Notes: generated from the letters alone by a model not told the origin. 64,000 nucleotides of DNA from a virus (IMGVR_UViG_3300032030_000040:1-64000); one strand, 5' to 3'; positions 1 to 9,062 are shown, counted from the first letter of the stretch. Translations and numbers: made by a program.

Positions 1-830
1 CCAATGTAGAGGATGACAAAGGCAATAGGCATCAGGAACTAATCGGCTATACGGTATGCGACTTTGATACCTATCATCTGTTTTTCCTTCCTGTGAAGAT
101 TGTCACGGGAGTTGACGACGATCTGCGCAATATCCTCATGGATTTCTATGCTTTCCTTGACTGGAAAGGCCCGTTCCTGTCACCAAAGTCTCACTACGAT
201 TTTGAGTACCAGCTTGGAATCATGGATATGGAGGACGATTGTCAGATAGACCCTGAGCAGTCCGAAATGTGGACGGACGAATACAGGGATTGGGCAGAGT
301 CCTATGTTCATGGCGATATCAATAAAATCTTTGAAGAGATTGAGAACAGACGTCGCAAGTTTGCTGGGAATCCTGAAGGTCTGGTCAATAGGATATGCAA
401 GAATGTCAAGGCCTACGGGCAAAGCGGGAAGGCATATTACAAGACGGGGAAAGGACACCGTAACAAGGTGGCCACGCTGTTAGACCTTATCTATCAGGGA
501 ATCCAGATAACCCTTGAGGACAACCTGTTTAACTACGAGCTTCGGTTTATCAGGTACGAGCTTGGCGACGACAGTTTCTTTGACTGGGACGCAAACGATG
601 ACATGATGGACTTTGACCGCCAGTTTGCCCTCTGTTTTGCACTTGATGATGAAGACCCCGTTGTGGAAGGAACCATAGAGTGCCTGAATAACGATGCAGG
701 TAATTTTGGCGGCACTGTACTGATGGGAATAGAAAGATTCTCTGGTGAGAAGAAGATAAAGATGAAAACGGACTACCCCAAGAGGTGGAACGAGTGGTTT
801 GAGCAGTTTATAAAATACACCTATGAGTAA
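1..830 (+). CDS. PRTRC-cassette-associated protein (protein F-like position), 5'-truncated by the window
   Basis: The frame of ORF 93..830 is open back to the window start. It overlaps the E2-like gene and sits in the usual position before PRTRC protein B and ThiF. Confidence 0.55.
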   Translation, partial: NVEDDKGNRHQELIGYTVCDFDTYHLFFLPVKIVTGVDDDLRNILMDFYAFLDWKGPFLSPKSHYDFEYQLGIMDMEDDCQIDPEQSEMWTDEYRDWAESYVHGDINKIFEEIENRRRKFAGNPEGLVNRICKNVKAYGQSGKAYYKTGKGHRNKVATLLDLIYQGIQITLEDNLFNYELRFIRYELGDDSFFDWDANDDMMDFDRQFALCFALDDEDPVVEGTIECLNNDAGNFGGTVLMGIERFSGEKKIKMKTDYPKRWNEWFEQFIKYTYE

Positions 831-1527
831 GACGATAAAACGTATAACAGAAGTCTATGAGCCATTTGCAGCCATTGTTGCATATATGACTGGAGATACG
901 GACAGCAGCGAGAGAGGGTACTATCTCGAAAAGCGGAATATCCGTAATGGGAAGATGGGCGCAGGTAAGCCGTTGACCCAGAAGATGCTTGCAAGCATCA
1001 TTAAGACCGTACAGACAACATCAAGCCAGTTGGACTTGGGTATGTACGGCAGAGTACCGAGTAACGTGCTTTACTGCGACACCCGTATTGACCATGATAA
1101 ACTGGTATGGTATCACGGGCCAGAGGAAAGAAACGTTTTCTTCTCGAAGCCCCTGAATATTCCCAACGGGAAGATGAAGGTGCCAGGATTGGTGTACGTG
1201 GTGGCGAATGGAAAGATGAGACTGTACGCTTTCAAGGGCAAGCATCCAGCAGACAAGCTATACCATGCTCCATTCATGAATACAGCAGAGAATAGCGTCT
1301 GTCTGGGAAATGCGAAGGTGGAGAAGCCAGAAGAGCGTACCTTCGAGAATGTCATTGCCTATTGGGAGAAGATGTACTGGAACTCTGAGTTTAGTCACAT
1401 CTTAGGCGATAACCCTGTCAAGGGAAATCTTGCCGTCCTGACCAAAGAGCTTATCGAGACTGGCAAGGACTTCCCTACTGACGTGCTCGTTCCCGTAAAT
1501 GTCAAACTAAGCAATTTACTAAGATGA
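823..1527 (+). CDS. PRTRC system protein B / prokaryotic E2 family D protein
   Basis: Motifs GAGKPLT, LVWY, VPGLVY, LYHAPFMN..VCLGN and YWEKMYWNSEFSH; immediately upstream of ThiF. Confidence 0.8.
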   Translation: MSKTIKRITEVYEPFAAIVAYMTGDTDSSERGYYLEKRNIRNGKMGAGKPLTQKMLASIIKTVQTTSSQLDLGMYGRVPSNVLYCDTRIDHDKLVWYHGPEERNVFFSKPLNIPNGKMKVPGLVYVVANGKMRLYAFKGKHPADKLYHAPFMNTAENSVCLGNAKVEKPEERTFENVIAYWEKMYWNSEFSHILGDNPVKGNLAVLTKELIETGKDFPTDVLVPVNVKLSNLLR

Positions 1528-2297
1528 AGAAGAGACATTTTGCAGATAACTATATCATAAACCCGATGCACCCATTGACGGTGAACGTCATCGGTGCTGG
1601 CGGCACTGGCTGTCAGGTAGTGACAGCACTGGCACGTATCAACTGTGCCCTTCAGAGCCTTGGCCATACTGGTCTTGATGTCACGGTCTATGATGACGAT
1701 ATCGTTACGAGGGCAAACCTTGGCCGTCAGCTCTTCATGGTCTCTGAGGTGGGAGCCAACAAGGCAGACGTGCTGGTAACCAGAATCAACCGTTTCTTTG
1801 ATTTCGAGTGGGAGGCCGTGCCAGAGCGATATCCGAGTAAGGACGCCGACACGGTGGCGAACATCACAATTACCTGTGTGGATAATGTGAAGGCAAGGAT
1901 AGATATCGGTAAGCACCTCCGTAAGTGGAAGAACAAGGATAATGATGACAGAACGAGGGCATACTACTGGCTGGACTTCGGAAATACGGCAGACTCAGGT
2001 CAGGTCGTGCTTGGTACGGTGAATCCCATAGAGCAGCCGAGAAGCAAGAAGTTCGAGGTCGTGAAGGAGCTGCCTTGTGTTGACACGCTTTTCGACCTAA
2101 CGACAGTGGATGAGAAAGAAAGCGGGCCCAGCTGTTCACTGGCAGAAGCCCTTACCAAGCAGGACTTGTTCATTAACTCTACGCTCAGTCAGCTGGGCTG
2201 TGACCTTCTTTGGAAACTCATCAGCAAGGGTTCCGTCGAGCAGAACGGTCTCTTCCTGAATCTCAATACATCGAAAATGAATCCAATAAATATATAA
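1524..2297 (+). CDS. PRTRC system ThiF-family (E1-like) adenylyltransferase
   Basis: VIGAGGTG nucleotide-binding loop, DDDIVTRANLGRQLF, CVDNVKAR, YWLDFGN, PSCSLAEAL.KQDLFIN. Confidence 0.9.
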   Translation: MKKRHFADNYIINPMHPLTVNVIGAGGTGCQVVTALARINCALQSLGHTGLDVTVYDDDIVTRANLGRQLFMVSEVGANKADVLVTRINRFFDFEWEAVPERYPSKDADTVANITITCVDNVKARIDIGKHLRKWKNKDNDDRTRAYYWLDFGNTADSGQVVLGTVNPIEQPRSKKFEVVKELPCVDTLFDLTTVDEKESGPSCSLAEALTKQDLFINSTLSQLGCDLLWKLISKGSVEQNGLFLNLNTSKMNPINI

Positions 2298-2298
2298 T

Positions 2299-2502
2299 AT
2301 GTGTAAGAGCGAGAACTATAATTGGGTGCCTGTGACAGAAAAGAGAAGGCCTTTGTTCGCCATTGCGAAAGGGCCGTACCAGCAGGCTTGTGAAGAAGCA
2401 GAGAACCAGCATCTTGTTGCGAATCTCGTACCAAGGGAGCCTGGTGCAAGTATCACTCCAGATGATATCGGTGCAAGATTGTGTGTTGACTTTGAATTGT
2501 AA
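2299..2502 (+). CDS. small hypothetical protein
   Basis: Tightly packed between neighbours on the coding strand. Confidence 0.5.
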   Translation: MCKSENYNWVPVTEKRRPLFAIAKGPYQQACEEAENQHLVANLVPREPGASITPDDIGARLCVDFEL

Positions 2503-2505
2503 GAT

Positions 2506-3327
2506 ATGGAAACAGTAAAGGAAAAGGCAAAGGTCAACTACGTGCAGTTGGCAAATGGTGTTCATCCGCAAAAGGTAAGCCTGAGTCTCAGGGAGAGCAT
2601 AGCCGTTATGAAAGACTGCCGTGCAAGGGTGTGGTCGCAAGTCATTATACCCGTTCTGATAGCGGAAGCAGAGTTCATGAAGGTCTGGGATATATGTGAG
2701 GAACGAAAGGAAATCCGCTTCAATCGTGGTAAGTGGCTCAGGGGTACTCTTGCGAGTTTTGAGAAGTTCCGTGAATGGTTGAAAATGGCCGATCAGCACA
2801 CAAGGGCTCTGATAGACGACTACGCCATCCAAGTGCAGAAGAGAATAAAGCGTGAGCAGACGAGCCTGTTCGTGACCTTCAGACGATACTTTGAAGAGCA
2901 CGGCCAGAAAGACCTTGACTTCAAGGCTAATGTTCAGATGGTCTTGACGTACATTACGCTTGCCCGAGACCTGTTTGACGGCTTCTTTGACACATACCAG
3001 GAGAGGTTCGGAATAGACCTCCGGAAAGAATATCTTCCTGTACGGATAATAGATGCAGACCTTCAGTTCTCCAGATTTGCCGATGATGTCATACAGCCAT
3101 CGAGGAACGATTTGCACCCCTGCAAGAACTGGGCTTCAATTAAAGCATACGAAGAACTGATTGAAAAGCTGATGAGCGAGAAGATGCTGGATAAGGCAGG
3201 ACTGGAGGCTCTGAAGCTCAACAATGAAGATGAGTTCCTGAGTAAAATCGAGCGTGAGACCATGGGGTTCGAGAAGCTGAAAGAGAAATACAATGTCGGC
3301 TTAGACAAGCGGATAACGGGCAAATAA
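2506..3327 (+). CDS. hypothetical protein (helical)
   Basis: 273-aa ORF in operon context. Confidence 0.7.
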   Translation: METVKEKAKVNYVQLANGVHPQKVSLSLRESIAVMKDCRARVWSQVIIPVLIAEAEFMKVWDICEERKEIRFNRGKWLRGTLASFEKFREWLKMADQHTRALIDDYAIQVQKRIKREQTSLFVTFRRYFEEHGQKDLDFKANVQMVLTYITLARDLFDGFFDTYQERFGIDLRKEYLPVRIIDADLQFSRFADDVIQPSRNDLHPCKNWASIKAYEELIEKLMSEKMLDKAGLEALKLNNEDEFLSKIERETMGFEKLKEKYNVGLDKRITGK

Positions 3328-3427
3328 TTGTATATTTGATAAATTTTAGGCTAAAAATTTGTATATTTGATAAACTTTTCGTACCTTTGTCGTAGCAAAT
3401 AAGATAAACGTTTCAAAACAAGACATT
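3328..3427 (+). promoter_or_regulatory. Bacteroidetes-type promoter with ATATTTGATAAA operator-like box (two copies) and conserved leader
   Basis: TTTG 3358-3361, 20-nt spacer, TACCTTTG 3382-3389; GCAAATAAGATAA 3395-3407, then TTCAAAAC, then ATG 3428. Confidence 0.85.
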
Positions 3428-3718
3428 ATGAAGAAACTGATTTTGTTGGTAGCAGCCGTTATGATTGTCGGCTGTCACAGTCGGGAAAAGGGCGTCAGGA
3501 AAGAGGTCGAGAGCCGCAAGAAGATGGAAATGGTGATTAACGGTCATCAGTACTGGTTTCCTGTCGTGGGTTCTGTCTCAGGCCAGAGTCAAGGAACCGT
3601 TCAGCAGCTGGTGGAAGACCCAGACTGCCGACGCTGTGCCGAGATTCGGGACAGTATGCTTGGAGTCATCCGTGAGATTGTCCGTGAAGAAATCCGAAAC
3701 TCCAAAGAGTCTGAGTGA
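3428..3718 (+). CDS. small lipoprotein
   Basis: MKK-hydrophobic-IVGC lipobox. Confidence 0.65.
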   Translation: MKKLILLVAAVMIVGCHSREKGVRKEVESRKKMEMVINGHQYWFPVVGSVSGQSQGTVQQLVEDPDCRRCAEIRDSMLGVIREIVREEIRNSKESE

Positions 3719-4470
3719 TGGATAAGGAAAGTGTCATCAGCAAGATTCGCAAGCTCCTGAAGCTCCAGTTCAACGCTGAGAAGATTGGCAGCACTGGAGA
3801 GGCTTATCAAGCGGCTAAGATGGTCAGGAAGTTGCTCATGGAGTACAACCTTTCTATGGGCGATATCGGCAATGAAGATGAAAAACTGGGGGGGGCAAAA
3901 ATGAAAGAGTCGGAAGACATGACCCCTGCCGACAAGTACGGGAACCATTGGAAGAAGGCTTTGCTTCACGTCATTGCGGAGAACAACCTTTGCAGCCTCT
4001 ATACTCGGACGTACAACCAAAAGATGTTCATCATCGGTGCGGAAGAGAATGTGATTATCGTCAAGGAGTTCTACGACTATCTGCTGAAAGTATTCCGTCG
4101 TTTGGCCATCGAGCGATTCAACGAGGCACAGAACGAGGCAATGGCCAATGGCCAGAGATATACGGACAAAGGCCGGAACATCTTCATGCGCTCCTATCTC
4201 GAAGGCGTAAGCGTCGGCCTGCAGGAGAACTACGACAGCATGAAGCCAACCTCTGAGGAAACGGCTCTGGTTGTCTGTCACAAGGAAATGATAGAGGACT
4301 ATCTTTTCCAGCAGAACAACTACAAGATGGATAAGACCAAGCACCGCCAGCGCAGGCGTGAAGTCCTGGGTGAAGCCTATGAGCAGGGCCAGAAGGACGG
4401 AAGAGAGGTGAACCTGAACAAACAGCTTGGCAATAAGAATAAAGATGAACAACTAAAAATAGATTTCTGA
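3715..4470 (+). CDS. DUF2786-like domain protein
   Basis: N-terminal KIRKLLKL...EAYQAAKMVRKLLMEYNLS pattern and C-terminal AYEQGQKDG. Confidence 0.7.
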   Translation: MMDKESVISKIRKLLKLQFNAEKIGSTGEAYQAAKMVRKLLMEYNLSMGDIGNEDEKLGGAKMKESEDMTPADKYGNHWKKALLHVIAENNLCSLYTRTYNQKMFIIGAEENVIIVKEFYDYLLKVFRRLAIERFNEAQNEAMANGQRYTDKGRNIFMRSYLEGVSVGLQENYDSMKPTSEETALVVCHKEMIEDYLFQQNNYKMDKTKHRQRRREVLGEAYEQGQKDGREVNLNKQLGNKNKDEQLKIDF

Positions 4471-4471
4471 T

Positions 4472-4834
4472 ATGGGAACAAGAACAATTATCAATCAGTG
4501 CTCAGGCTCTATAAATATGAACGGCAAGGAGTACAAAAACATCAAGGGCACCATCGAGATTACGGACAGCGGAATCTTTGTTGATGGCAAGCCTATTGAG
4601 GAATACAAGGAACCGCCTGTATTCAAGATAGTCATCGAGGGCAGTGTGGAAACCATCGAGAGCGAAAACGCTGATGTGGAGGTCAAGGGCACTGTCACCA
4701 CCGTCAACTCAAAGAACGGAAACGTCACCTGTAGCAAGGTGCTGGGTAATGTCGAGACGAAGAACGGCAATGTCATGTGTGGCAGTGTTGGTGGAGAGGT
4801 AACGACAAAGAACGGAAACATAATGAGAGGATAG
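4472..4834 (+). CDS. beta-strand-repeat protein
   Basis: Repeated V-x-[ST]-KNGN-V units. Confidence 0.6.
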   Translation: MGTRTIINQCSGSINMNGKEYKNIKGTIEITDSGIFVDGKPIEEYKEPPVFKIVIEGSVETIESENADVEVKGTVTTVNSKNGNVTCSKVLGNVETKNGNVMCGSVGGEVTTKNGNIMRG

Positions 4835-4836
4835 CT

Positions 4837-5721
4837 ATGGAAGTGAATAATGAAATACTGGCCGAACTGAACGGCAAGGCACTTTACTCACCCAAGGGCG
4901 CAGCCCTCGAATATGCCGCCGTAGGCTGTAACTTTTACAAGGGCTGTCCCCATTCATGCGAGTACTGCTACCTGAAACGTGGTGTGCTGTCCCATGAGCT
5001 GGGCAGTACAGAGGTGAAGCTGAAAGCCTGTTTCAAGGATGAGATTCATGCAATGAAGGTATTCGTGAAGGAGCTGGAGGCCGACCTTGACTACATCAGG
5101 CAGACTGGTGTATTCTTCTCGTTCTCTACCGACCCAATGATAGATGAGACCAGAGACCTTACTTTGTCCGCAGTGATTGAATGTCTCGCTCACGGTGTGC
5201 CAGTGAAGATACTTACGAAAAACGCCTCATTCCTCAGTGACAAGAAGTTTGTCGATTTCGTGGACGGACTTGATGCAGACGTTCGTAGGAATGTTGCCTT
5301 TGGCTTTACGCTTACAGGCAGGGATGACATGGAACCACATGCTTCGCCAAACTACGAGCGCATACATACAATGAAACTCCTTCATCAGTTGAGCTTCAGG
5401 ACTTTTGCCAGCATCGAGCCGATTATTGACTTTGACAGTTCTTTCAGGATGATTCAGGATTCGGCTCTGTTCTGTGACCATTTCAAGATTGGCTTGCGAT
5501 CAGGCGTGAAGGATGACTACTACAATCCAGATGAGTGCGCATACTTTGTTGGCAAGGTGACAGGACTATGTGAACAGAGCAACTTCACTGTGTACTGGAA
5601 AGAGTCGATGCACAAGTATGTACGGAAGCACATGGCCAAGGACAATTTCGAGGTTGCCCTGTCAAGCAGTAATCATTTCGTGGATATGGACTATGACATT
5701 TTCAAGGAGGGCAGCGTATGA
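4837..5721 (+). CDS. radical SAM protein
   Basis: CxxxCxxC motif (GCPHSCEYCY), FSTDP, ILTKN, ASIEPI. ATG 4837 preferred as start. Confidence 0.85.
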   Translation: MEVNNEILAELNGKALYSPKGAALEYAAVGCNFYKGCPHSCEYCYLKRGVLSHELGSTEVKLKACFKDEIHAMKVFVKELEADLDYIRQTGVFFSFSTDPMIDETRDLTLSAVIECLAHGVPVKILTKNASFLSDKKFVDFVDGLDADVRRNVAFGFTLTGRDDMEPHASPNYERIHTMKLLHQLSFRTFASIEPIIDFDSSFRMIQDSALFCDHFKIGLRSGVKDDYYNPDECAYFVGKVTGLCEQSNFTVYWKESMHKYVRKHMAKDNFEVALSSSNHFVDMDYDIFKEGSV

Positions 5722-6785
5722 ATATCGAGCTAATTCCTTTGGGGCTTCCTCATGAAGAGAAGCAGCCAATAGTTATTGCAGGGCCTTGCTCTGCAGAGAG
5801 TGAAGTACAGGTAATGGAAACGGCCAAGCAGCTATACTTCAAGGGCTGTTCCATCTTCCGCGCAGGGGTATGGAAGCCGAGGACGAAGCCTGGCTGTTTT
5901 GAAGGCTGTGGCAAAGAAGCCCTTCCTTGGCTCAAGAAGGTAAGGGAAGAAACGGGGATGCAGGTAGCCATCGAGGTCGCCACTCCTGAGCACGTAGATT
6001 TGGCTCTGGCTCACCATATAGACATTCTCTGGATAGGTGCGAGAACTACCGCAAACCCGTTTGCCGTGCAAGCACTGGCAGATGCCATGAAGGGTATCGA
6101 GGTTCCCGTGTTGGTCAAGAATCCCGTGAACCCAGACCTTGAACTGTGGATTGGAGCCTTTGAACGTCTTGCAAGAGCCAACGTCCGGCGTTTGGGAGCC
6201 ATTCACAGAGGTTTCTCATCCTACGAGAACAAGCTGTATCGCAATGCCCCTATGTGGCAGATACCGATAGAGCTTCGCAGACGTATGCCAGACCTCCCCA
6301 TTCTGTGTGACCCGAGTCACATGGGAGGCAAGCGAGACCTTATAGCACCTATCAGCCAGCAGGCACTTGACATGGGCTTTGACGGTCTTTTCGTGGAGTC
6401 CCACTACAAGCCAGACACGGCGCTCAGTGATTCAGGACAGCAGATAACACCTGCCATCCTGAGCTATATCCTGTCACAGCTGACTGTCAGGAGCAAGACG
6501 TGGGGCAATGGTGGTCTCGGTGAGCTCCGCAGCCAGATAGACGAGATTGACACACAGCTGATAGAGCTGCTGGCCAAGCGCATGAAGATATGTCGGGAGG
6601 TCGGAGAGTTCAAGCGGAAGCGTGGCGTTCCTGTCTATCAGACGAAACGCTATGGTGAAATGATGGATAAGCGTGAGATAAACGGACAGCTGAACGGACT
6701 GAGAAAGGATTTCATTACTCACATATTCAGTCTTATCCATGAAGAGAGCGTAAGTGAACAAATTCAAATAGTAAATCAGAAATAA
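5718..6785 (+). CDS. bifunctional DAHP synthase / chorismate mutase (AroQ-type C-terminal domain)
   Basis: IAGPCSAES, RAGVWKPRT, WIGARTT, LCDPSH; C-terminal LRSQIDEIDTQLIELLAKRMKICREVGEFK...QTKR chorismate mutase domain. Confidence 0.93.
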   Translation: MNIELIPLGLPHEEKQPIVIAGPCSAESEVQVMETAKQLYFKGCSIFRAGVWKPRTKPGCFEGCGKEALPWLKKVREETGMQVAIEVATPEHVDLALAHHIDILWIGARTTANPFAVQALADAMKGIEVPVLVKNPVNPDLELWIGAFERLARANVRRLGAIHRGFSSYENKLYRNAPMWQIPIELRRRMPDLPILCDPSHMGGKRDLIAPISQQALDMGFDGLFVESHYKPDTALSDSGQQITPAILSYILSQLTVRSKTWGNGGLGELRSQIDEIDTQLIELLAKRMKICREVGEFKRKRGVPVYQTKRYGEMMDKREINGQLNGLRKDFITHIFSLIHEESVSEQIQIVNQK

Positions 6786-6786
6786 T

Positions 6787-7062
6787 ATGGAAAGGTCAGA
6801 AGTAAGAAAGAAAATTATTGAGTTTGCAGACAACAATGTCGGCATTGATGAATCCCTGAGTGACGAGCAGAAGGAGCAGCTGAGAATCGTTGAAGACCTC
6901 GGTGGCGACAGTCTTGATATGCTTGAGATAATCATGGATACAGAAAGGGAGTATGATATTACTGTCACAGACGAGGAAGGCAAAAGGTTGTTTGCTGACG
7001 ATCCGACTATTGGGGAAATCGTTGACTTCATGATGCAGAAGATATCTGAGCAGACTGAGTAA
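6787..7062 (+). CDS. acyl carrier protein
   Basis: Acidic 91 aa with DLGGDSLDMLEII phosphopantetheine-site motif and TIGEIVDF. Confidence 0.85.
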   Translation: MERSEVRKKIIEFADNNVGIDESLSDEQKEQLRIVEDLGGDSLDMLEIIMDTEREYDITVTDEEGKRLFADDPTIGEIVDFMMQKISEQTE

Positions 7063-7226
7063 TGGAGAAATCCAAGATATGCTGTGATGTGAAATGCGGA
7101 GTCCGTCTTGAGTGCGCTCTGTTCTCCCTGGCTCTTGATGTCAATTCGGGAAAGAACATCGGCGAGTACGATATTGTTCCAGCTGGCGAGTGTCACGGGA
7201 AATTCTATGAGAAGGCCAAGAAATAA
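7062..7226 (+). CDS. small Cys-rich protein (54 aa, not in ORF track)
   Basis: TAATG overlap with ACP; MEKSKICCDVKCGVRLEC...ECHGKFYEKAKK. Confidence 0.5.
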   Translation: MEKSKICCDVKCGVRLECALFSLALDVNSGKNIGEYDIVPAGECHGKFYEKAKK

Positions 7227-7237
7227 ACTCAGGGAGT

Positions 7238-7471
7238 ATGAAAATAGAGAATCTTGATACAGCCGTAAGGTATAAGGAACGAAGGGAGAATCTGCTGAAG
7301 GTGAAGTCACTGATAGAGAGGAATCCCTCTTCTGTCGTAGTGGAGTTGCACGAAAGCCGCCATGATGGTACCAAGAGTGAGAAAGTCCAAGACGACTGTC
7401 TCACTGGCATCATCCACAAATATTGCGAGGACACCCTCGCCTTGATTGATAAGGCTATCGAGCAGCTATGA
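7238..7471 (+). CDS. hypothetical protein
   Basis: Operon packing with ATGA overlap. Confidence 0.6.
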   Translation: MKIENLDTAVRYKERRENLLKVKSLIERNPSSVVVELHESRHDGTKSEKVQDDCLTGIIHKYCEDTLALIDKAIEQL

Positions 7472-8103
7472 GTATTCGCAAGAAGAGACGCAAGAAGGTC
7501 TGCCCCTGCTGTGGCCGTAAGCTATGGCTGAGAGACTTCTACAAGGACAGGTCTGGCAATATATCCACCTACTGCAAGGAGTGTGTGAAGGCCAAGAAAC
7601 GTGCTGAGTACGCTGCTGGCAGGAAGAAACCAGACGGTATCAGGATGGACTTTGCCACTGGCCGTGTCTATGAGAAGAACGGACTGAGCAAGCGGATATT
7701 CTGGAATAAGCAGATGTGCGATGACCTCAGACGACTCTATCCTACAACCAAGAACGACGAGCTTGCAGGATTGTTCGGTGTCAGTGTCCGCACCATGATA
7801 CGAAAGGCACGGGAGCTGGGCGTGGAGAAAGACAAGGACTGGATGCACGGCACCGTCATGAGCCACTTGAAGATGGCAAAGATGGAGTCGGACAGGCTTG
7901 GAAGGCCAGGCGGTTTCCCAAAGGGTGTTCACAGCAATCCCGACGGAGAGTTCAAGAAGGGACGTGTGGAAACGCCAGAGCAGAAGGAAAGGCGTGTTGC
8001 AGGTATGCTGGAGTATAACAGGAAGCATCCCGACAAGCTCAGGGAACGTGCAAAAAAGGCATGGGTGACAAGAAGAGAAAACCAAAATTTGAATATAGTA
8101 TGA
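7468..8103 (+). CDS. Zn-ribbon + HTH basic DNA-binding protein
   Basis: CPCC...YCKEC; NDELAGLFGVSVRTMIRKARELG HTH; FPKG/FKKG repeats. Confidence 0.65.
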   Translation: MSIRKKRRKKVCPCCGRKLWLRDFYKDRSGNISTYCKECVKAKKRAEYAAGRKKPDGIRMDFATGRVYEKNGLSKRIFWNKQMCDDLRRLYPTTKNDELAGLFGVSVRTMIRKARELGVEKDKDWMHGTVMSHLKMAKMESDRLGRPGGFPKGVHSNPDGEFKKGRVETPEQKERRVAGMLEYNRKHPDKLRERAKKAWVTRRENQNLNIV

Positions 8104-8209
8104 AACCAAACAACAAACCAATGGCCACCGTGAGTGACCGAAACAATGATTACCAGAACGACTGCTTTGTAGTTGACTGGGCGTGTACAAACAATAAAAT
8201 TGAAAAGTT

Positions 8210-8395
8210 ATGATTATCAAAGGAATTGCAGTTGCTATCCTGTGCATCATTATCGTGGGCCAGTGGATAGTCGGAGTGAGAGGCAACAGAAAAGAAGGCC
8301 TCGGGTGTATGATGAACGTCCTGATGACACTCTGGACGTTGATGCTGTTTGCTCTTCTGTATTTTGCAGGGTGCTTTGATTTCTCAGGTCAGTAA
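8210..8395 (+). CDS. small membrane protein (2 TM)
   Basis: Two hydrophobic segments in 61 aa. Confidence 0.5.
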   Translation: MIIKGIAVAILCIIIVGQWIVGVRGNRKEGLGCMMNVLMTLWTLMLFALLYFAGCFDFSGQ

Positions 8396-8411
8396 CAAAA
8401 CTTTCGGGACA

Positions 8412-8822
8412 ATGGAAAAACAAGAAGAGAAGCTAATCGAGGGGATTCTGGGTAAGGAGTTCCTTGCTGCAGCCAAGGAGTATGGCGCAAAGATGAAGTT
8501 GGCCGTAGGCGCTCAGGGTGCGAGTCCGAAGATTCAGGAGGCTATGGAGCGCCTGGCATCAGTGGCATTTGCCAAAGGTGGAGAACATCTGAAGAGCGTC
8601 ATGTGGACTGAGCTGGCAAAGAGATATCCCAAGCTCAATACATGGGTATTATGCAAGGGAGAGTCTGGCCGTATGTTCATGGCAAAGGTAGTGAAGGCTG
8701 GTGCTGGCAGTCTGAGGTTCCAAGACTACGACGGGGGAAAGACAGAGAAGGTGACTCACTGGATGGTCGTTCCTGAAATCGAAGAACAAGTGAAAGAAGC
8801 AAAAGAGGTGGCCATGAATTGA
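8412..8822 (+). CDS. DUF551-like phage protein
   Basis: W....RYP....VL...VTHWMVVPE motif; ATG 8412 preferred. Confidence 0.6.
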   Translation: MEKQEEKLIEGILGKEFLAAAKEYGAKMKLAVGAQGASPKIQEAMERLASVAFAKGGEHLKSVMWTELAKRYPKLNTWVLCKGESGRMFMAKVVKAGAGSLRFQDYDGGKTEKVTHWMVVPEIEEQVKEAKEVAMN

Positions 8823-8835
8823 GCCACCCCTTTTT
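8801..8835. terminator. bidirectional intrinsic terminator (better on the - strand)
   Basis: AAAAGAGGTGGC-10nt-GCCACCCCTTTTT. One stem position is G-U on the - strand but A-C on the + strand. Confidence 0.75.
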
Positions 8836-8957
8836 ACAAACAGAAGGTCCTACTCTCCCGAGCAAGACCGTTCCTATGCAAATAAGATAAATACCATTCA
8901 AAACTAAAACAATGATACCCGTGAAGGGCAAGATTGGTTAGATTAAATGTATCTATC
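8801..8957 (-). ncRNA. predicted ~155-nt antisense sRNA complementary to the shared operon leader
   Basis: Own promoter (8965-8995, -), hairpins with G-U pairs and a GGGA loop on the - strand, unstructured segment complementary to GCAAATAAGATAA...TTCAAAAC...ATG, and a terminator. Confidence 0.6.
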
Positions 8958-8964
8958 CGTAATG

Positions 8965-8995
8965 CAAAGGTACAATTTTTTATCGAATTTGCAAA
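8965..8995 (-). promoter_or_regulatory. leftward Bacteroidetes-type promoter
   Basis: On - strand: TTTG-CAAATTCGATAAAAAATTG(19 nt)-TACCTTTG. Confidence 0.75.
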
Positions 8996-9007
8996 ATTTT
9001 GAGTGAA

Positions 9008-9029
9008 ATTTGATAAAAAGTTATCAAAT
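9008..9029. promoter_or_regulatory. palindromic operator ATTTGATAA-N4-TTATCAAAT between divergent promoters
   Basis: Perfect 9-bp inverted repeat whose half-site is the box embedded in the seven repeated promoters. Confidence 0.7.
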
Positions 9030-9030
9030 A

Positions 9031-9062
9031 TTTGGCAATTTCCGTAGAAATGATTATTTTTG
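9031..9062 (+). promoter_or_regulatory. promoter of the tandem-HTH gene
   Basis: TTTG 9031-9034, 20-nt spacer, TATTTTTG 9055-9062. Confidence 0.7.

Noticed and set aside
8677-8931. Minus-strand 84-aa hydrophobic ORF as the product of the leftward promoter
   Set aside because: It has a TTG start, runs through the terminator and overlaps a + strand gene. The RNA structure explains the region better, though a short peptide is not fully excluded.
8912-8941. 9-codon plus-strand mini-ORF (MIPVKGKIG) after the leader copy
   Set aside because: No TAnnTTTG promoter precedes this copy and a terminator lies upstream.
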